Shown here in pieces: positions 51,595 through 62,134 of a stretch of 64,000 nucleotides of DNA. A program made the position numbers and the translations under genes. The notes under the pieces were generated by a model that saw only the letters and a program-made list of their open reading frames with translations, searched no databases and had not been told where the DNA came from. The DNA comes from Gloeobacterales cyanobacterium (lineage in GTDB: Bacteria > Cyanobacteriota > Cyanobacteriia > Gloeobacterales > PMM-0068). Each line of letters starts with the position of its first letter. Position 1 is the stretch's first letter. Where the stretch lies: NCBI GenBank assembly GCA_038245785.1, contig JBBRSB010000004.1, positions 32,001 to 96,000 on the forward strand, given 5' to 3'.

Positions 51595-53502
51595 ATGGTC
51601 GTAAATACGACGAATGAACACCCTTTAAAAATTATGCCCTTGGGTGGCGTAGGTGAAATTGGCAAGAACACCTGGGCTTTTGAATATGAGGATGAAATTC
51701 TGCTGTTAGATGGCGGGCTTTCCTTTCCTACAGAAGATATGCATGGGGTAAACATTGTTTTGCCCGACATGACCTGGGTTCGAGAACATCAAGAACGCAT
51801 TGTCGGGATGGTAGTCACCCATGGACACGAAGACCACATTGGCGGCATCCCCTATCATCTACAGCGGATCAATATCCCTCGGATTATTATTCCTCGCTTG
51901 GCCAGAGCGCTTTTAGAAGGCAAGCTGCAAGAGACGGGGCTATTGGGTAGGACGGAGCTGGTTACCGCCCATCCCCGCGATGTCTTCCGGATAGGCAAAC
52001 ACTTTGAAGTCGAATATATCCAGAACACGCACTCCATAGCCGATAGCTATACCTTGGCCCTTCGTACCCCTGTCGGTGTACTGATCCACTCAGGCGATTT
52101 CAAATTTGACCATACGCCTGTCGATGGCCGTAAATTTGACTATCATCGCCTAGCTGAGTATGGAGAAGAGGGCGTACTCTGTCTGATTTCAGATTCCACT
52201 AATGCTGAACTGCCAGGGTTTACACCTTCAGAAATGTCCGTATTCCCAAATTTAGACAGGGAAGTAGCCAAGGCTAAAGGCCGAGTGATTATCACGACCT
52301 TTGCCTCTTCTGTCCATCGGGTCAACATGATCCTCCAGATTGCTCAGAAGCAGGGCCGTTTGGTAACCGCTTTGGGCCGTTCGATGCTAAATGTCTTGGC
52401 TCATGCCAAAAAACTGGGATTTATTGATTATCCAGAGAATCTCCTCGTTCCCATGAACGCGATCCGACAGTTGCCTGACGAAAAAGTTCTAATCCTGACC
52501 ACGGGATCTCAAGGAGAGCCTTTGGCGGCTCTGTCTCGAATAGCCCGCAACGAGCATCAACAGCTGCGCATTCGAGAAGGCGATACCGTTATCTTCTCCG
52601 CCAATCCGATTCCTGGAAATACCATCTCTGTAGTGCGCACCATCGACAGCCTGATCAAACTGGGCGCTAACGTAATTTATGGCAAAGACAAAGGCATCCA
52701 TGTGTCTGGTCACGGTGCAACCGAAGACCACAAGCTGATGATCGCTCTGACCAAACCCAAGTTCTTCTTCCCGGCCCATGGAGAACATCGGATGCTGCTA
52801 CGCCATGCCGATACGGCTGTCGCCATGGGCGTGCCTCGCGAGAATATGGTGATCACGGACAATGGAGACGTCGTAGAACTGACTCCAGACTCCATCCGCC
52901 TCCACGGTAAGATACCCAGTGGTATCGAACTTCTAGACAATTCCCGCAGTGGAATGGTATCTGACCATACGCTCAAAGAGCGCCAACGCATCGCCACCGA
53001 AGGAGTGATTTCTGTCGCCATAGCCTTGGATAGCCGGGGAGAAATCCTAGCTCGTCCAGAAATCGTGATCAAGGCTATGGCCCAAACCCAAGGAGATACG
53101 GCTACGTTGGAAGAACAAATCCGGGCAAAGGTGGTCAAAGTGATCAAAGAGCACTGGAATGAGTTCGTTTATACCGATGCTGCTATGAATACAGTCATCA
53201 GTCGCTCCAGTGGGGAAGATCGAGAAGACCAATATGTAGATTGGGATGGGATAAAAGCTCGCCTAGAAAAAGTGGTCCTCCAAGCCATCCGCGACCGAGT
53301 TTCCGGACGCCCCATGGTGTTGGTTCTGCTCCAGGTTTGCGAACCAACCTCACTCCCAGAAAAAGCTAAGCAGACTAATCCATCCATGTTTCTGCCTGTA
53401 GAAGCGGTTGAAGCTGCGAACGTTGAGATAGAATCTGGACGTCGTCGTAAACGTTCATCGACCACGGCGACAGCAGTACTGATGAAGGACTCTGTTTCAT
53501 AA
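51595..53502 (+). CDS. rnj: Ribonuclease J
   Basis: GGVGEIGKN, THGHEDHIG, TGSQGEP and HVSGH motifs. Confidence 0.96.
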   Translation: MVVNTTNEHPLKIMPLGGVGEIGKNTWAFEYEDEILLLDGGLSFPTEDMHGVNIVLPDMTWVREHQERIVGMVVTHGHEDHIGGIPYHLQRINIPRIIIPRLARALLEGKLQETGLLGRTELVTAHPRDVFRIGKHFEVEYIQNTHSIADSYTLALRTPVGVLIHSGDFKFDHTPVDGRKFDYHRLAEYGEEGVLCLISDSTNAELPGFTPSEMSVFPNLDREVAKAKGRVIITTFASSVHRVNMILQIAQKQGRLVTALGRSMLNVLAHAKKLGFIDYPENLLVPMNAIRQLPDEKVLILTTGSQGEPLAALSRIARNEHQQLRIREGDTVIFSANPIPGNTISVVRTIDSLIKLGANVIYGKDKGIHVSGHGATEDHKLMIALTKPKFFFPAHGEHRMLLRHADTAVAMGVPRENMVITDNGDVVELTPDSIRLHGKIPSGIELLDNSRSGMVSDHTLKERQRIATEGVISVAIALDSRGEILARPEIVIKAMAQTQGDTATLEEQIRAKVVKVIKEHWNEFVYTDAAMNTVISRSSGEDREDQYVDWDGIKARLEKVVLQAIRDRVSGRPMVLVLLQVCEPTSLPEKAKQTNPSMFLPVEAVEAANVEIESGRRRKRSSTTATAVLMKDSVS

Positions 53503-53534
53503 TCTTAGGCCTGACTTAGATACTTTACGGCCAT

Positions 53535-53572
53535 AAAAACTCCTCTGAGTTCTGAAACTTGGAGGAGTTTTT
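53535..53572. terminator. Intrinsic terminator after rnj
   Basis: AAAAACTCCTC...GAGGAGTTTTT inverted repeat. Confidence 0.8.
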
Positions 53573-53728
53573 AGATCTATCGAGACTAAACCACTTTTCA
53601 TCATCTATCCCAGAAGAAAGTTCGAGGAAGGAAATGGTTAGTGGTTAGTTTCCCTCGCACATGCCCCTTTAGCGAGAAAGTTGATACAATTTCGGAGAAC
53701 TAACCCGAACGTTCTGGGAGAGTTGCTT

Positions 53729-54361
53729 ATGCCTATGCCTGCCGAAAACCAGACCACAAATGAGCCTCAAGAAAATATGACAGAATCTTCTCAAACCCCC
53801 CAATTAAATAGTGGAGACCTCGCGGGTGGAGGTAACATCGACAAAATCAGAGAGATTCTCTTTGGTTCTCAGATGCGCGATTATGAAAAAAGGTTCTCTC
53901 GACTAGAAGACCGTTTGCTCAAAGAATGTGCAAACCTGAAGGATGAAACTCGAAAGCGACTCGATACGCTGGAACATTTCATGCAACAGGAAGTAGAATC
54001 TCTAACCGAGCGGATGCGCGTAGGACAAGAAGCAGGTATTGAAGCAGCGAGGGAGATAACCAGAGAGGCTAATCAAGAGCTCGCCCAAGAATTAAGAAAT
54101 ACGGTGAAATCTCTAGACCGACGAGTTAGTCATCTTGATGACCAAAGCACCAAGAACCAACGAGAAATCCGTCAGCAATTGTTAGAACAATCCAAAAATC
54201 TCGGTGATGATATTCAACAGAAATATTTAGAGATTTTATCTATGCTTGAGCAAGAGGCCCTGGAGTTGCGTACTGATAAAACAGACCGTGCGACGCTGGC
54301 TGCGCTTTTTACAGAGATGGCCATGCGGCTTAATCACGAATTCACTTTGCCTAGTGAATAG
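53729..54361 (+). CDS. Coiled-coil protein, first gene of the Rab-like GTPase operon
   Basis: NIDKIREILFGSQMRDYEKRF and KTDRATLAALFTEMAMRL; GGAGAG precedes the ATG. Confidence 0.8.
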   Translation: MPMPAENQTTNEPQENMTESSQTPQLNSGDLAGGGNIDKIREILFGSQMRDYEKRFSRLEDRLLKECANLKDETRKRLDTLEHFMQQEVESLTERMRVGQEAGIEAAREITREANQELAQELRNTVKSLDRRVSHLDDQSTKNQREIRQQLLEQSKNLGDDIQQKYLEILSMLEQEALELRTDKTDRATLAALFTEMAMRLNHEFTLPSE

Positions 54362-54390
54362 AGAAAATAGGGAAATAGCGAGGGATAGTA

Positions 54391-55764
54391 ATGGCTGATT
54401 TCACCCGTGAAGTCCCCGAGAATAACCTCAATCACAATGCAGACAGTGATGAACTATCAGCACTGCGTGACTTGCTTTTCTCCCCTGAGCAAAACCAATT
54501 GGGTGAACTCCGGCAGCGTCTTGATGACCCTAAACGTTATGCGGAGGATGTCAGTCGAGTCCTACCGGAATCCATTCTCTTGAGAGCAAGTCAGGATAAG
54601 CAGCTAACCAATGCTTTGATGCCTACAGTTGAAGAAGCGCTCCAGATTTCTGTTCAAAGAAACCCTAGAATTTTAACGGATGCCATTTTTCCGATCATTG
54701 GTCCGGCTATTCGCAGGGCAATTACCAGTGCAATTCAGAATTTGATCCAGTCTTTGAACGAAACCCTGGATTCCAGCTTCTCGCCCAGGGGCCTGCAATG
54801 GCGGTTGGAAGCGCTACGAACAGGCAAGTCTTTTGCAGAAATTGTTCTTCTCAGGACCCTGCGCTACCGAGTTGAGCAGGTTTTTCTCATTCATCGGAAA
54901 ACGGGTTTGCTCCTCCAAACTGTAGTAGCAGAAGCCATTACCAGCCAAGATGCCGATATGGTCTCAAGTATGCTCACCGCCATCCAGGATTTTGTCAGAG
55001 ATTCTTTTGGCATCCAGCAAGACGATACACTGGGGACCATGCAGGTTGGCGAACTTACGGTATGGATTGAGCAAGGTCCTGAAGCTTTAATGGCCGGTGT
55101 CATTCGCGGAACTGCACCAGAAGAACTAAGACTCGTTTTTCAAGAGGCCCTAGAAACTATTCACGTTGAAAGGAAAGAAGATTTAGCTTCATTCCAAGGG
55201 GATAGTGCTCCCTTTGATGCCTGCAGACCGATTCTGGAAATATGCCTTCAGCAAGTGCAGCAGCGAACGGAAGTGAAAAAGTCATCTCCGGCCCTATGGA
55301 TTCTGGCTAGTGTGCTAGTGGTTGGAGCGAGCATTTTGTTCTTTTTTGTCTTTCAGAAAAACCAAGAAAACCAAAAATGGGTGAGCTACCTTGAAAAACT
55401 AAGAATGCAACCAGGTTTGGTAGTGCTCGCTACCACTGAATATCATGGAAAATATAACCTTATCGGATTACGGGATCCTCTTGCTATCGATCCTGCAAGC
55501 CTTTTGCAAGATAGCGCCCTAAACCCAGCCTCTGTGTATAGCCGCTGGGAGCTCTATCAATCCTCAGAGCCAGCCTTTGTTCTCACGAGGGCAAAGGAAC
55601 TGCTGCAACCCCCGCCCACGGTCAGCCTGAGCCTTAAAGATGGTACCCTCTATGCCAAGGGCTCTGCCCCCCAGTCATGGGTCAAAGATGCGCGCAAACT
55701 GGTAAGACTCCTACCAGGAGTCGTGCACTTTCAGGAAGACTTAAAGGGTGCACCACCCACATAG
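54391..55764 (+). CDS. Single-pass membrane protein of the type usually annotated OmpA-family; no OmpA domain visible here
   Basis: FPIIGPAIRRAI, YRVEQVFLIHRKTGLLL, DADMVSSMLTAIQDFVRDSF, a TM helix, and GLRDPLA. Confidence 0.75.
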   Translation: MADFTREVPENNLNHNADSDELSALRDLLFSPEQNQLGELRQRLDDPKRYAEDVSRVLPESILLRASQDKQLTNALMPTVEEALQISVQRNPRILTDAIFPIIGPAIRRAITSAIQNLIQSLNETLDSSFSPRGLQWRLEALRTGKSFAEIVLLRTLRYRVEQVFLIHRKTGLLLQTVVAEAITSQDADMVSSMLTAIQDFVRDSFGIQQDDTLGTMQVGELTVWIEQGPEALMAGVIRGTAPEELRLVFQEALETIHVERKEDLASFQGDSAPFDACRPILEICLQQVQQRTEVKKSSPALWILASVLVVGASILFFFVFQKNQENQKWVSYLEKLRMQPGLVVLATTEYHGKYNLIGLRDPLAIDPASLLQDSALNPASVYSRWELYQSSEPAFVLTRAKELLQPPPTVSLSLKDGTLYAKGSAPQSWVKDARKLVRLLPGVVHFQEDLKGAPPT

Positions 55765-55839
55765 GGTTTGTCTAAGGGAACAGTATAATCATTTAACCGT
55801 ATCTACCTATATAGTCTTACACGCTGGATGCCCTAGCTC

Positions 55840-56331
55840 ATGATTCAGAAAAAAATATGTATGGTAGGAGCTTCCGCCGTCGGAAAAACCAGTTTAGTAA
55901 GCCGTTTTGTTAAAAGCATCTATTCGGATATTTACCATGCCTCCATAGGCGTCAAGATTGATAAAAAAACGTTAACGGTGGGGGAGCAGGAGCTTAGTCT
56001 AATGCTCTGGGATATCGCTGGAGAAGACGAATTTCAGAAGATTACAATCTCCTATCTGAAAGGATCTTCAGGATATATCCTTGTGGTCGATGGGACGCGT
56101 AAGGAAACTCTCTATCGGGCCATAGATCTGCAAGCAAGAGTAGAGGAGGCTATAGGTCCGTCTCCCTTCGTTGTATTGATCAACAAGTCTGACCTGGAAA
56201 AGCAGTGGCAAGTTACGCCCGAGATGATCAAGCAACTCGCTGAAAAGGGCTGGACCGTCTTGCTGGGGAGCGCAAAAACTGGACTGGGCGTTGAAGATGC
56301 CTTTCTCACCCTTGGTAAGGCGATGCTTTGA
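55840..56331 (+). CDS. Rab/Ras-like small GTPase
   Basis: G1 GASAVGKTS, G2 region SIGV, G3 WDIAG, G4 NKSD and G5 SAK; 163 aa. Confidence 0.93.
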   Translation: MIQKKICMVGASAVGKTSLVSRFVKSIYSDIYHASIGVKIDKKTLTVGEQELSLMLWDIAGEDEFQKITISYLKGSSGYILVVDGTRKETLYRAIDLQARVEEAIGPSPFVVLINKSDLEKQWQVTPEMIKQLAEKGWTVLLGSAKTGLGVEDAFLTLGKAML

Positions 56332-56345
56332 GAGCCCATCGCAAA

Positions 56346-57023
56346 TCACAGCCTACGACAAGCCCGTACGACTCTACCCAGAATGACGGACTTCTCAGCC
56401 AACTCAGACACACTCATCGTCCAAGGCTCATAGGAAGCGTTATCACTACTCACCCTAATCGTATCGGCTGCAATACGCTGTAGACGTTTGATCAACAATA
56501 CGTTCTCGATTTGCAAAACATAGATCCCGTCATGCACGGCCGTAGCGTGGAGATTAGCTAAAACAATATCTCCTGGGTAGAGAGTCGGCTTCATGCTTTC
56601 TCCCTCCACGTAGAACAGTTTTAGATCTTGAGGCTTAGCATGCAGCTGAGAGAGCCAACTCTTTTTGATCGCTAGAGGCTCCTCAACCGCAGTTTCCTTA
56701 TCATCAGGAGCCAGGTAAAGAGAAATGAGCGCATAATCATCTAGACTAGCCAGGTACTCCGTGGCATTAGGAGTAGACCGCTCCTCTGGAGTACCCATGA
56801 GAAGCCAGGCCGGATTGACCCCGTAGCGTTCACAAATGCGCATCAGCAGAGCAGAATCAGGCAATCGCTCTTCTTTCTCATACCTGATTAACGTGTTTTT
56901 GTGTACTCCCAGCGATTGGGCGAACTCAGCCTGGGTAAAGCGGCCTCGGACCTGTGCAATACGAAAACCAATCCCACGAGGCTTGGACGGATTGGAAGAA
57001 TTAGAGGAAGAAAGGCTGGTCAT
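56346..57023 (-). CDS. XRE-HTH plus S24 peptidase phage-type repressor
   Basis: TQAEFAQSLGVHKNTLIRYE HTH; GESM.P (Ser) and IKRL (Lys) catalytic dyad. Confidence 0.9.
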   Translation of the reverse strand: MTSLSSSNSSNPSKPRGIGFRIAQVRGRFTQAEFAQSLGVHKNTLIRYEKEERLPDSALLMRICERYGVNPAWLLMGTPEERSTPNATEYLASLDDYALISLYLAPDDKETAVEEPLAIKKSWLSQLHAKPQDLKLFYVEGESMKPTLYPGDIVLANLHATAVHDGIYVLQIENVLLIKRLQRIAADTIRVSSDNASYEPWTMSVSELAEKSVILGRVVRACRRL

Positions 57024-57137
57024 GATGTTACAAAGTTTTCTGCTGAGGTTTCTACGGAAGAATAAGAATCCAATCGAGTATTAAATAGACCCCAAATGGA
57101 GGTAACATGGCATCTGCAAGGATTATAGAATCTATCC

Positions 57138-57440
57138 ATGACGAATAAAGAAAATAATAAAGAAGAAGCTTGTGAAGATTGGCACCCTGCTGACGTAAAA
57201 GCTGCCCTAGAGAAACGGGGATGGTCTCTCTCCAAGCTATCCAAGGCACACGGTTATAAACGGGGCAGTGCCGCAAAAGCTCTGTACCACCCCTGGCCGA
57301 GAATGGAGCGCATCATCGCCAAAGTCTTAGATTTAGAACCATGGCAGGTTTGGCCATCACGCTATAACGAATCTGGCTCTTCCAATCGTGGTCCTGGGGG
57401 ACGTCCTCCGTATATTCATTCTGCCACGATTGATGGTTGA
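57138..57440 (+). CDS. Ner/Nlp (SfsB)-like DNA-binding protein
   Basis: DWHPADVKAALEKRG.SL, PWPRMERIIA and WPSRY motifs. Confidence 0.92.
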   Translation: MTNKENNKEEACEDWHPADVKAALEKRGWSLSKLSKAHGYKRGSAAKALYHPWPRMERIIAKVLDLEPWQVWPSRYNESGSSNRGPGGRPPYIHSATIDG

Positions 57441-57675
57441 AAAGGCTGACCGTTACAATAAAAAACGCGCTTCTGAAGCTGTAGTGTTGATAAACATCAA
57501 TTTTAGGTAATTTAGCTATTAGAAGCTACATGCGATACACTCGTCTTAGAATTTATATGTTTATAAAATTTTGACAGCTCTCGTTCAGATAAGCATATGG
57601 GGCCATACTTAGGATCATTACGACTTGACGGTGCTGGGTAAGAAGGCTAGAACGCTTTATATAGAGATAAGATGA

Positions 57676-60600
57676 ATGCCTATCACGCCCCTCCCAAAGA
57701 ATGAGCAGGAACGGCTAGCAGCACTCCATCGCTACAATATCCTGGACACAGCGCCAGAAGAAGCTTTTGATCGCATTACAGCGCTTGCCGCTCGCTTATT
57801 TTCCGTCTCTATCGTGGCGGTCAGCTTGTCGGATCGTGAACGCCAATGGTTTAAGTCTTGTCAGGGTCTTGAGGTCGATCAAATAGACCGTCCCATAGCT
57901 TTCTGTTCATACGCTCTCTTATCTCCCAAGACTCTGATTGTTCCTGATGCCCATCTTGACTGTCGCTTTGCAGACAATCCCTTAGTGATAGGAGGACCAA
58001 AAGTACGGTTCTATGCCGGAGCAACCCTACGCACTAAAGATGGATATCAGCTTGGGACTTTCTGTATTGCTGATCAAAAACCACGCAGCCTATCATCACA
58101 GGAACAAGCGAACCTAGAAGACCTTGCAGCTATTGTAATGAATCAGATAGAGCAAAGATTATTCATTGAGAAAGTAGCCCAGACAGAACGAGCATTAAAG
58201 CGATCTGATACCAATTTAAAGGCTATCTTTGATAACAGTTCACAATCATTTGTATTGATTGATAGAGAACATAAGATTCAAGCATTTAATAAAATAGCTA
58301 ATAAAAGAGCAAAACTTATTTTCAATAGGAGACTCAGGGAAGGAGATTCTATCTACAACTTTGTGATTGACTCTGATCTAGATGATTTCAATAGAGACTT
58401 TAATAGTGCTCTGTGTGGGAACCCAGTAAAAATTGAACGAGAAATCCCTTCTAGTACGGGAGAAGGCCACTGGTTTGAGTTTGACTATAGCCCTGTTTTC
58501 GAAGAAGGAAAAGCGATCGGAGTTTGCTTGAGCGTCCTCAGTATCAATGAAAGGAAAAAAGCGATTTGGGCACTTGCTGAGAGCGAAGAACGATTCCGTT
58601 CTCTAGTCCAGAACTCCTCAGACATCATCACGATTCTCAAAGAAGATGGAACCATAAATTATGGCAGTCCGTCTATTCAAAGAATTTTGGGGTACCAGCC
58701 GGAAGACTTGGTAGGAAAGAATCTATTTTCCTATGTACATCCAGAAGATGCTCCAGCCGTACAATCTATCTTTTCCACGGCGAGTCAACAAATGGGTATC
58801 CCGATAACAATGGAATTTCGGTTTATTCGCATTGATGGATCTTGGCGATATTTAGAAGCGATTGCAAATAGCTACATTGCAGACTCCTCCTTCCAAGGAG
58901 TGATTGTCAACTACCGAGATGTAACGGAGCGCAAAAAAGTAGAAGAAGCACTCCTCGAAAGTGAAGAGCGCTATCGTTTCTTAGCAGAGAACGTGACCGA
59001 TATTATTTGGACACGAGACATGGAGCTGAAGTATACGTACATCAGTTCTTCTGTTCAGCGGGCCCGTGGCTATACTGTCGTAGAAAGTATGTCTCAAGGG
59101 ATTACAGAGATACTAACGCCTTCTTCTCGCGAGTTAGCTATCAAAAGCTTACAGGAAGAACTGGAACTGGAAAGAATGGGAGCTCCACTTTGGAGATCGC
59201 GAACCCTAGATCTGGAATATATCTGTAAAGATGGCTCAAAGATCTGGGGTGAGACTTCCATGGTTTTCCTGCGTGATGATAAGGGGGAAACAATCGGAAT
59301 TTTAGGTGTGGTTCGTGACATTACTGAGCGTAGAAGAGCTGAAGAAGCTTTGCGGAAAATTGAAGCTAGAGATAGAGCATTTTTGAATGCCATTCCAGAT
59401 TTAATGTTAGGCATTAGTAAAGAGGGGAAGTACATAGATTTTTTGGGTTCAAATACAAAGGGAGGCCAAGAAAGTTCTTACGCTCGTATATTTCTTGGAG
59501 AGAGTGTCTATGAAGCTTTGCCTTCAGAAGTTGCGCAGCGCATGATGAATGCGGTGGACCAAGCCTTAAACTCTGGGGAAACCCAAATCTTTGAATATCG
59601 GCTTTCTGCGGAAAGTGAGATACATGATTATGAAGCCCGTATCGTGGTTAGTGGAGAAAATGAAGTCCTCTCGATTATCCGAGATATTACAGAACGAAAA
59701 CAACTGGAGCGAGAACTCATTGCCGCAAGAGAAGAAGCCCTAGAGGGAGCACGAATTAAAGCGCAATTTCTTGCCAATATGAGTCATGAAATTCGCACTC
59801 CAATGAATGCCGTTATTGGCATGTCAAGCTTATTGTTAGATACTGAACTAAGCGCAGAGCAACGAGACTATGCTGAAACAGTGCGCTATTCCGGTGAGGC
59901 TTTGCTCACCGTAATTAATGATATTCTCGATTTTTCCAAGATAGAAGCTGGCAAGCTTGAAATCGAAGTCATTGATTTTGATCTTAGTCGAGCCGTTGAA
60001 GATATAACAGCATTACTGGCAGAACAAGCTAGTCGTAAAGGATTAGAACTAGGTTGTTTAGTCTATGGCAATGTGCCTAAAATGCTTAGGGGAGATCCTG
60101 GTAGGCTCTGCCAAATTCTTATTAATATCCTCAACAATGCGATCAAGTTCACGAAACAGGGAAACGTTACGCTTTCCGTTAAACTAATCGAAGAAACAGA
60201 GCATCAGGTACTCTTACGCTTTGAGGTTAAAGATACAGGGATTGGAATTAGCCCTAAAGAGCAGAGTCGCTTGTTTAAACCATTTTCTCAGGCAGACAGT
60301 TCAACCACGCGCAGGTATGGTGGGACAGGGCTGGGGCTGGCTATTTCTAAACAACTTGTGGACCTCATGGAAGGAGAAATTGGGGTTGAAAGTGCTCTTG
60401 CTCAAGGAACTACCTTTTGGTTTGCATTACCTTTAGAAAAACAACCTGAAACGCCCCAATCAGTCATTCCTTCTCCTGATATAGTCCTTAAGGGATTGCG
60501 CGTACTTATTGTTGATGACAACGCAACGAACCGTAAAGTTTTGGCTCATCAGCTGACTTATTGGGAGGTGCTTTATGACGAAGTAGAAGGCGGTCTCCAG

Positions 60601-61329
60601 GCTTTAGAACGGCTTCGAACCTCTGGCCTCACCTACGACTTAGTCATTTTGGATTTGATGATGCCCGACATGGATGGTATCCAATTGACGCACCTGATCA
60701 AAGCAGACTTAGCGCTGTCTGATATTCCCCTGATCTTGCTCGCCTCTTTCCGAGAACGGGGAGACGTAGAAACTGTCAAGCAAGCCGGGATCGCTACTTA
60801 TCTGACCAAACCTGTGCGTCAATCCCAATTATTTAGTGCAATAGTGCAAGCACTGGGGCACACTAGCCCGCTCATATCCTATATGCCCGCGCCCATATCT
60901 CCTCCTCTTGTGGAAGGGGTTAAAAAAGCTAACAAAGCCATATCCCAGAGCCTGATCTTGGTGGCTGAAGACAACGTTATCAACCAACGAGTAGCGGTAC
61001 GCCAGTTAGACCGATTAGGATATCGGGCTGATGTAGTGGCCAATGGGCTGGAAGTCCTAGAAGCTCTAGCCCACACACCCTATGCTCTAGTGCTAATGGA
61101 TTGCCACATGCCAGAGATGGACGGGTTTGAGGCAACCGCAGCTATTCGTGAAAAAGAAGGTGCTCACCACACTATCATTGTGGCCATGACAGCCAGTGCC
61201 ATGCGGGGAGAGCGAGAAAACTGCCTGCAAGCAGGAATGGATGACTATATTGCCAAGCCTGTAAAGTTAGAAGAGCTTATCTCTGTGCTTGAACGCTGGA
61301 TCCCGCCAGGCCTCCCTGAGATGTTGTGA
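57676..61329 (+). CDS. Hybrid histidine kinase (GAF, about four PAS, HisKA, HATPase, two REC)
   Basis: ERLAAL..Y.ILDT GAF start, repeated RDITER PAC ends, [23 protein letters not shown], and two receiver domains. Confidence 0.95.
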   Translation: MPITPLPKNEQERLAALHRYNILDTAPEEAFDRITALAARLFSVSIVAVSLSDRERQWFKSCQGLEVDQIDRPIAFCSYALLSPKTLIVPDAHLDCRFADNPLVIGGPKVRFYAGATLRTKDGYQLGTFCIADQKPRSLSSQEQANLEDLAAIVMNQIEQRLFIEKVAQTERALKRSDTNLKAIFDNSSQSFVLIDREHKIQAFNKIANKRAKLIFNRRLREGDSIYNFVIDSDLDDFNRDFNSALCGNPVKIEREIPSSTGEGHWFEFDYSPVFEEGKAIGVCLSVLSINERKKAIWALAESEERFRSLVQNSSDIITILKEDGTINYGSPSIQRILGYQPEDLVGKNLFSYVHPEDAPAVQSIFSTASQQMGIPITMEFRFIRIDGSWRYLEAIANSYIADSSFQGVIVNYRDVTERKKVEEALLESEERYRFLAENVTDIIWTRDMELKYTYISSSVQRARGYTVVESMSQGITEILTPSSRELAIKSLQEELELERMGAPLWRSRTLDLEYICKDGSKIWGETSMVFLRDDKGETIGILGVVRDITERRRAEEALRKIEARDRAFLNAIPDLMLGISKEGKYIDFLGSNTKGGQESSYARIFLGESVYEALPSEVAQRMMNAVDQALNSGETQIFEYRLSAESEIHDYEARIVVSGENEVLSIIRDITERKQLERELIAAREEALEGARIKAQFLANMSHEIRTPMNAVIGMSSLLLDTELSAEQRDYAETVRYSGEALLTVINDILDFSKIEAGKLEIEVIDFDLSRAVEDITALLAEQASRKGLELGCLVYGNVPKMLRGDPGRLCQILINILNNAIKFTKQGNVTLSVKLIEETEHQVLLRFEVKDTGIGISPKEQSRLFKPFSQADSSTTRRYGGTGLGLAISKQLVDLMEGEIGVESALAQGTTFWFALPLEKQPETPQSVIPSPDIVLKGLRVLIVDDNATNRKVLAHQLTYWEVLYDEVEGGLQALERLRTSGLTYDLVILDLMMPDMDGIQLTHLIKADLALSDIPLILLASFRERGDVETVKQAGIATYLTKPVRQSQLFSAIVQALGHTSPLISYMPAPISPPLVEGVKKANKAISQSLILVAEDNVINQRVAVRQLDRLGYRADVVANGLEVLEALAHTPYALVLMDCHMPEMDGFEATAAIREKEGAHHTIIVAMTASAMRGERENCLQAGMDDYIAKPVKLEELISVLERWIPPGLPEML

Positions 61330-61390
61330 AGTTATATTAAAATCCCTAAAGACTTGTGGCATGATCTAAGGTAGTGTTCCTAAAAATGTC

Positions 61391-61726
61391 ATGCCTACTA
61401 TCCGTATTTTTGGTAGAGAAGTTTACTGTGACCGGGGAGACAACCTCCGTATGGTCTTACTCAATAACAAAGTTGACCTCTATAATGGAGCCGCCAAAAC
61501 TATCAACTGCCAAGGTTTAGGGACGTGTGGCACCTGCGCTGTAGAGATTACGGGAACAGTAAGTGAGCCGTCTGCCATGGAACAGCTGCGTGCCCCCTTG
61601 CTCAAAAATCGTCGTTTGGCTTGTCAGACATCGGTCTTAGGCGATATTGATATCAAGAAATATCAAGGTTTTTGGGGCCTAGGAAAGGAAGAGAAGCAGA
61701 AAGAGAAGCCAGCAGTAAGTAGATAA
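61391..61726 (+). CDS. 2Fe-2S ferredoxin-like protein
   Basis: C.G.G.CGTC and RLAC motifs. Confidence 0.9.
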   Translation: MPTIRIFGREVYCDRGDNLRMVLLNNKVDLYNGAAKTINCQGLGTCGTCAVEITGTVSEPSAMEQLRAPLLKNRRLACQTSVLGDIDIKKYQGFWGLGKEEKQKEKPAVSR

Positions 61727-61841
61727 AGCCTGAGTTCTAGGTACGGGGATCAGTACAGAATCTTTAACTGAGGAAAATACGGGGTCCCCGATGTACCTCT
61801 CTTTCGTTAATATGTTTACAATAAGCCGTAGGGAAGACTCA

Positions 61842-62054
61842 ATGTTCGTATTCCTGTATTTGGTGGCCTTTGTTGGCCTAGGCGTAGCAGCTTTTTTTCT
61901 GATGGGAAAAGGTTTTTCAGCTGCTCGTCCTCAACAAAAAAATCAAGCGAAGCCTCAATTTACACCCCATCCTGAGATGGAAGGCGAAACTACGGCTTAC
62001 TACATCAAGTTCACTTCTCGCGAGGAACAGTCTCGAGACTTACGAGACCTATAG
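61842..62054 (+). CDS. DUF2973-like small membrane protein
   Basis: LYLVAF TM helix and HPEM motif. Confidence 0.65.
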   Translation: MFVFLYLVAFVGLGVAAFFLMGKGFSAARPQQKNQAKPQFTPHPEMEGETTAYYIKFTSREEQSRDLRDL

Positions 62055-62134
62055 GCAGGCGCTTATACTAGAGGAAGTGCTGGAGAATAACCGTAGACCC
62101 TGAAGTTTCTATTGCAACTAGAGTTCATCAGCAG

